This document shows positions 62,301 to 64,000 of a stretch of DNA of 64,000 nucleotides, one piece after another. The stretch comes from Octopus vulgaris (lineage: Eukaryota): NCBI GenBank assembly GCA_951406725.2, contig OX597823.1, positions 54,250,001 to 54,314,000 on the forward strand. Direction: 5' to 3'. The stretch's first letter is position 1. The number at the start of each line of letters is the position of its first letter. A program made the translations under genes and the position numbers. Under the pieces are notes generated by a model. The model was given only the letters and a program-made list of their open reading frames with translations. It was not told the origin of the DNA and did not search any database.

Positions 62301-62808
62301 AACAACAACACTGATAATAATAATAATAATCCTTCCTACTATAGGCATAAGGCCAGAAATTTTTGGGAAGAGGACAAGTCAATAACATTGATCCTGAAAG
62401 GATGAAAGGCAAAGTCGACCTTGGCAGGCTTTGAACTCAAGATGTAAGGACAGACGAAATGCTGCTAAGCATTTTACCTGACATGTTATAACAATTCTGC
62501 CAGCTCACCTCCTTACTAATGATAATAATAATAATAATAATGATGATAATAATAATAATCATAATGATAATAATAATAACAATAATAACAATAACGATGA
62601 TGAAATTTTTCCACAAGGGCAGCAATTTTGTGGGAGGGGATGAGTTAATTACACCAACCCCAATTTGCAACTGGTTCTTATTTTACCGACCCTGAAAGGA
62701 TGAAAGGCAAAGTGGACCTCGGTGGAATTAGAACTCAGAACAGAATGATGGGCGAAATACCACTAAGCATTCTGTCCAGCATGCTAATAATTCTGTCAGG
62801 TCACCACC

Positions 62809-62849
<41 letters not shown>

Positions 62850-64000
62850 AATTATAATAATAACAACAATTCTTTCTACAATTGGCATTAGACCTGAAAT
62901 TTTAGGTAAGGACTCTAGTCAATTACATCAGCACCAGTGCTGAATTGGCCCTCATTTTACTGAACCTACTCCCACAAAAAATAAATAAATAATAATAATA
63001 ATAATAAATAAAAAGTAAAATCAACTTAAATAGAGAATTATTTCATATTCTCTCAAAATTTTATAAAACATCAACAATCTATTTTGATATTGTTCATTCA
63101 ATATGTATGTCTCTTTTGCAGAGCTACAGCTCTCTGCACTTCCATCTCTGTCCACACTTTTGTTAGAAAGATTGACTCACAGAAGTTCAAACTGAATATC
63201 TGCCACATCAATCTAACCAATTTGGAGGGACTATAAAGTTCTTGGATACTACCTCTTCTTTTCCAACTCATTCATTAAAAAGGGCATACAAATAGCTACA
63301 TGTTTAAGAAGATTGTTGTTTTGAAACTGCATGGTGTTACCACTATGTGGCATCCTGTACAGGTGTCTGCTACTATAACCTTTGGCCAACCGATGCCTTA
63401 TGATTGAATTTTATAAATGAAAAACTATGGAAGCTCATTTCTCTCTCTTTCTCTCTCTCTCTCACACACACACCACAGACACATACATATATGCATAAAC
63501 ATATTTTATTTGTGAATTAACAATGCTTCCAATGGTTTCATATGGAAACAATTTCCACAATTTTCAATTGATTCGCTTAAAAATGCTGGTAATCACCTCC
63601 ATTTTGGTTGAGACTGTATATGTGTGTATGTGTATGCCTTTGTGTCCTGTGTTTATCACTGCCAATCACTTGACAACTAGTGTTGGTTTGTTTACATCCC
63701 CGTAACTTAGCAGTTCAGCCTGTGAGACCAAGAGACAAAGTGCTAGAAATAAGTACTGAGGTCAATTTGTTTGACTAAACCCTTCAAGGTGGTGCCCCAG
63801 CATGGTCACAGTCCAATGACTGAAACAAGTAAAAGATAAAAGACTATTGTATGCATATTACCATAAAACTGTATCTTCTTTGTCTTATAAAATTCACGCT
63901 ATTCCCTTAAATACCTATTTCTTTATTACCTACAAGGGGCTAAACATAGAGTGGACAAACAAGGACAGACAAACTGATTAAGACGATTACATTGACCCCA

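Noticed and set aside
1-64000. CRISPR array, rRNA or prokaryotic operon
   Set aside because: No regularly spaced repeat-spacer units or rRNA motifs; the sequence is eukaryotic and intron-containing.

Overview
Eukaryotic, AT-rich DNA saturated with microsatellites and transposons. The SINE families and repeat landscape look like a cephalopod (Octopus-like) genome, which is an inference. The only host protein-coding sequence I can support is the 3' end of a divergent myosin-VII-like (MyTH4-FERM) gene on the + strand: four phase-0 exons at 489-6217, mostly invisible in the ORF track. The rest is mobile DNA: a young, 5'-truncated CR1-group LINE; CR1, RTE, R4/Dong-like and CRE fragments; Penelope RT and GIY-YIG remnants; hAT, mariner, pogo-like and Helitron elements; a gag-only element; and three tRNA-derived SINE families. 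Less obvious signals are: (i) at least seven minimal type-I hammerhead ribozyme motifs in short Penelope-type pseudo-LTRs, one near-intact at 38751-38828(-) and several with a CCGANGA-type core; (ii) long hairpins, including a perfect 91-bp inverted repeat; (iii) a three-domain CpG-decay footprint whose borders coincide with candidate promoters of unannotated, divergently oriented transcripts. Most ORFs in the track are microsatellite artefacts.
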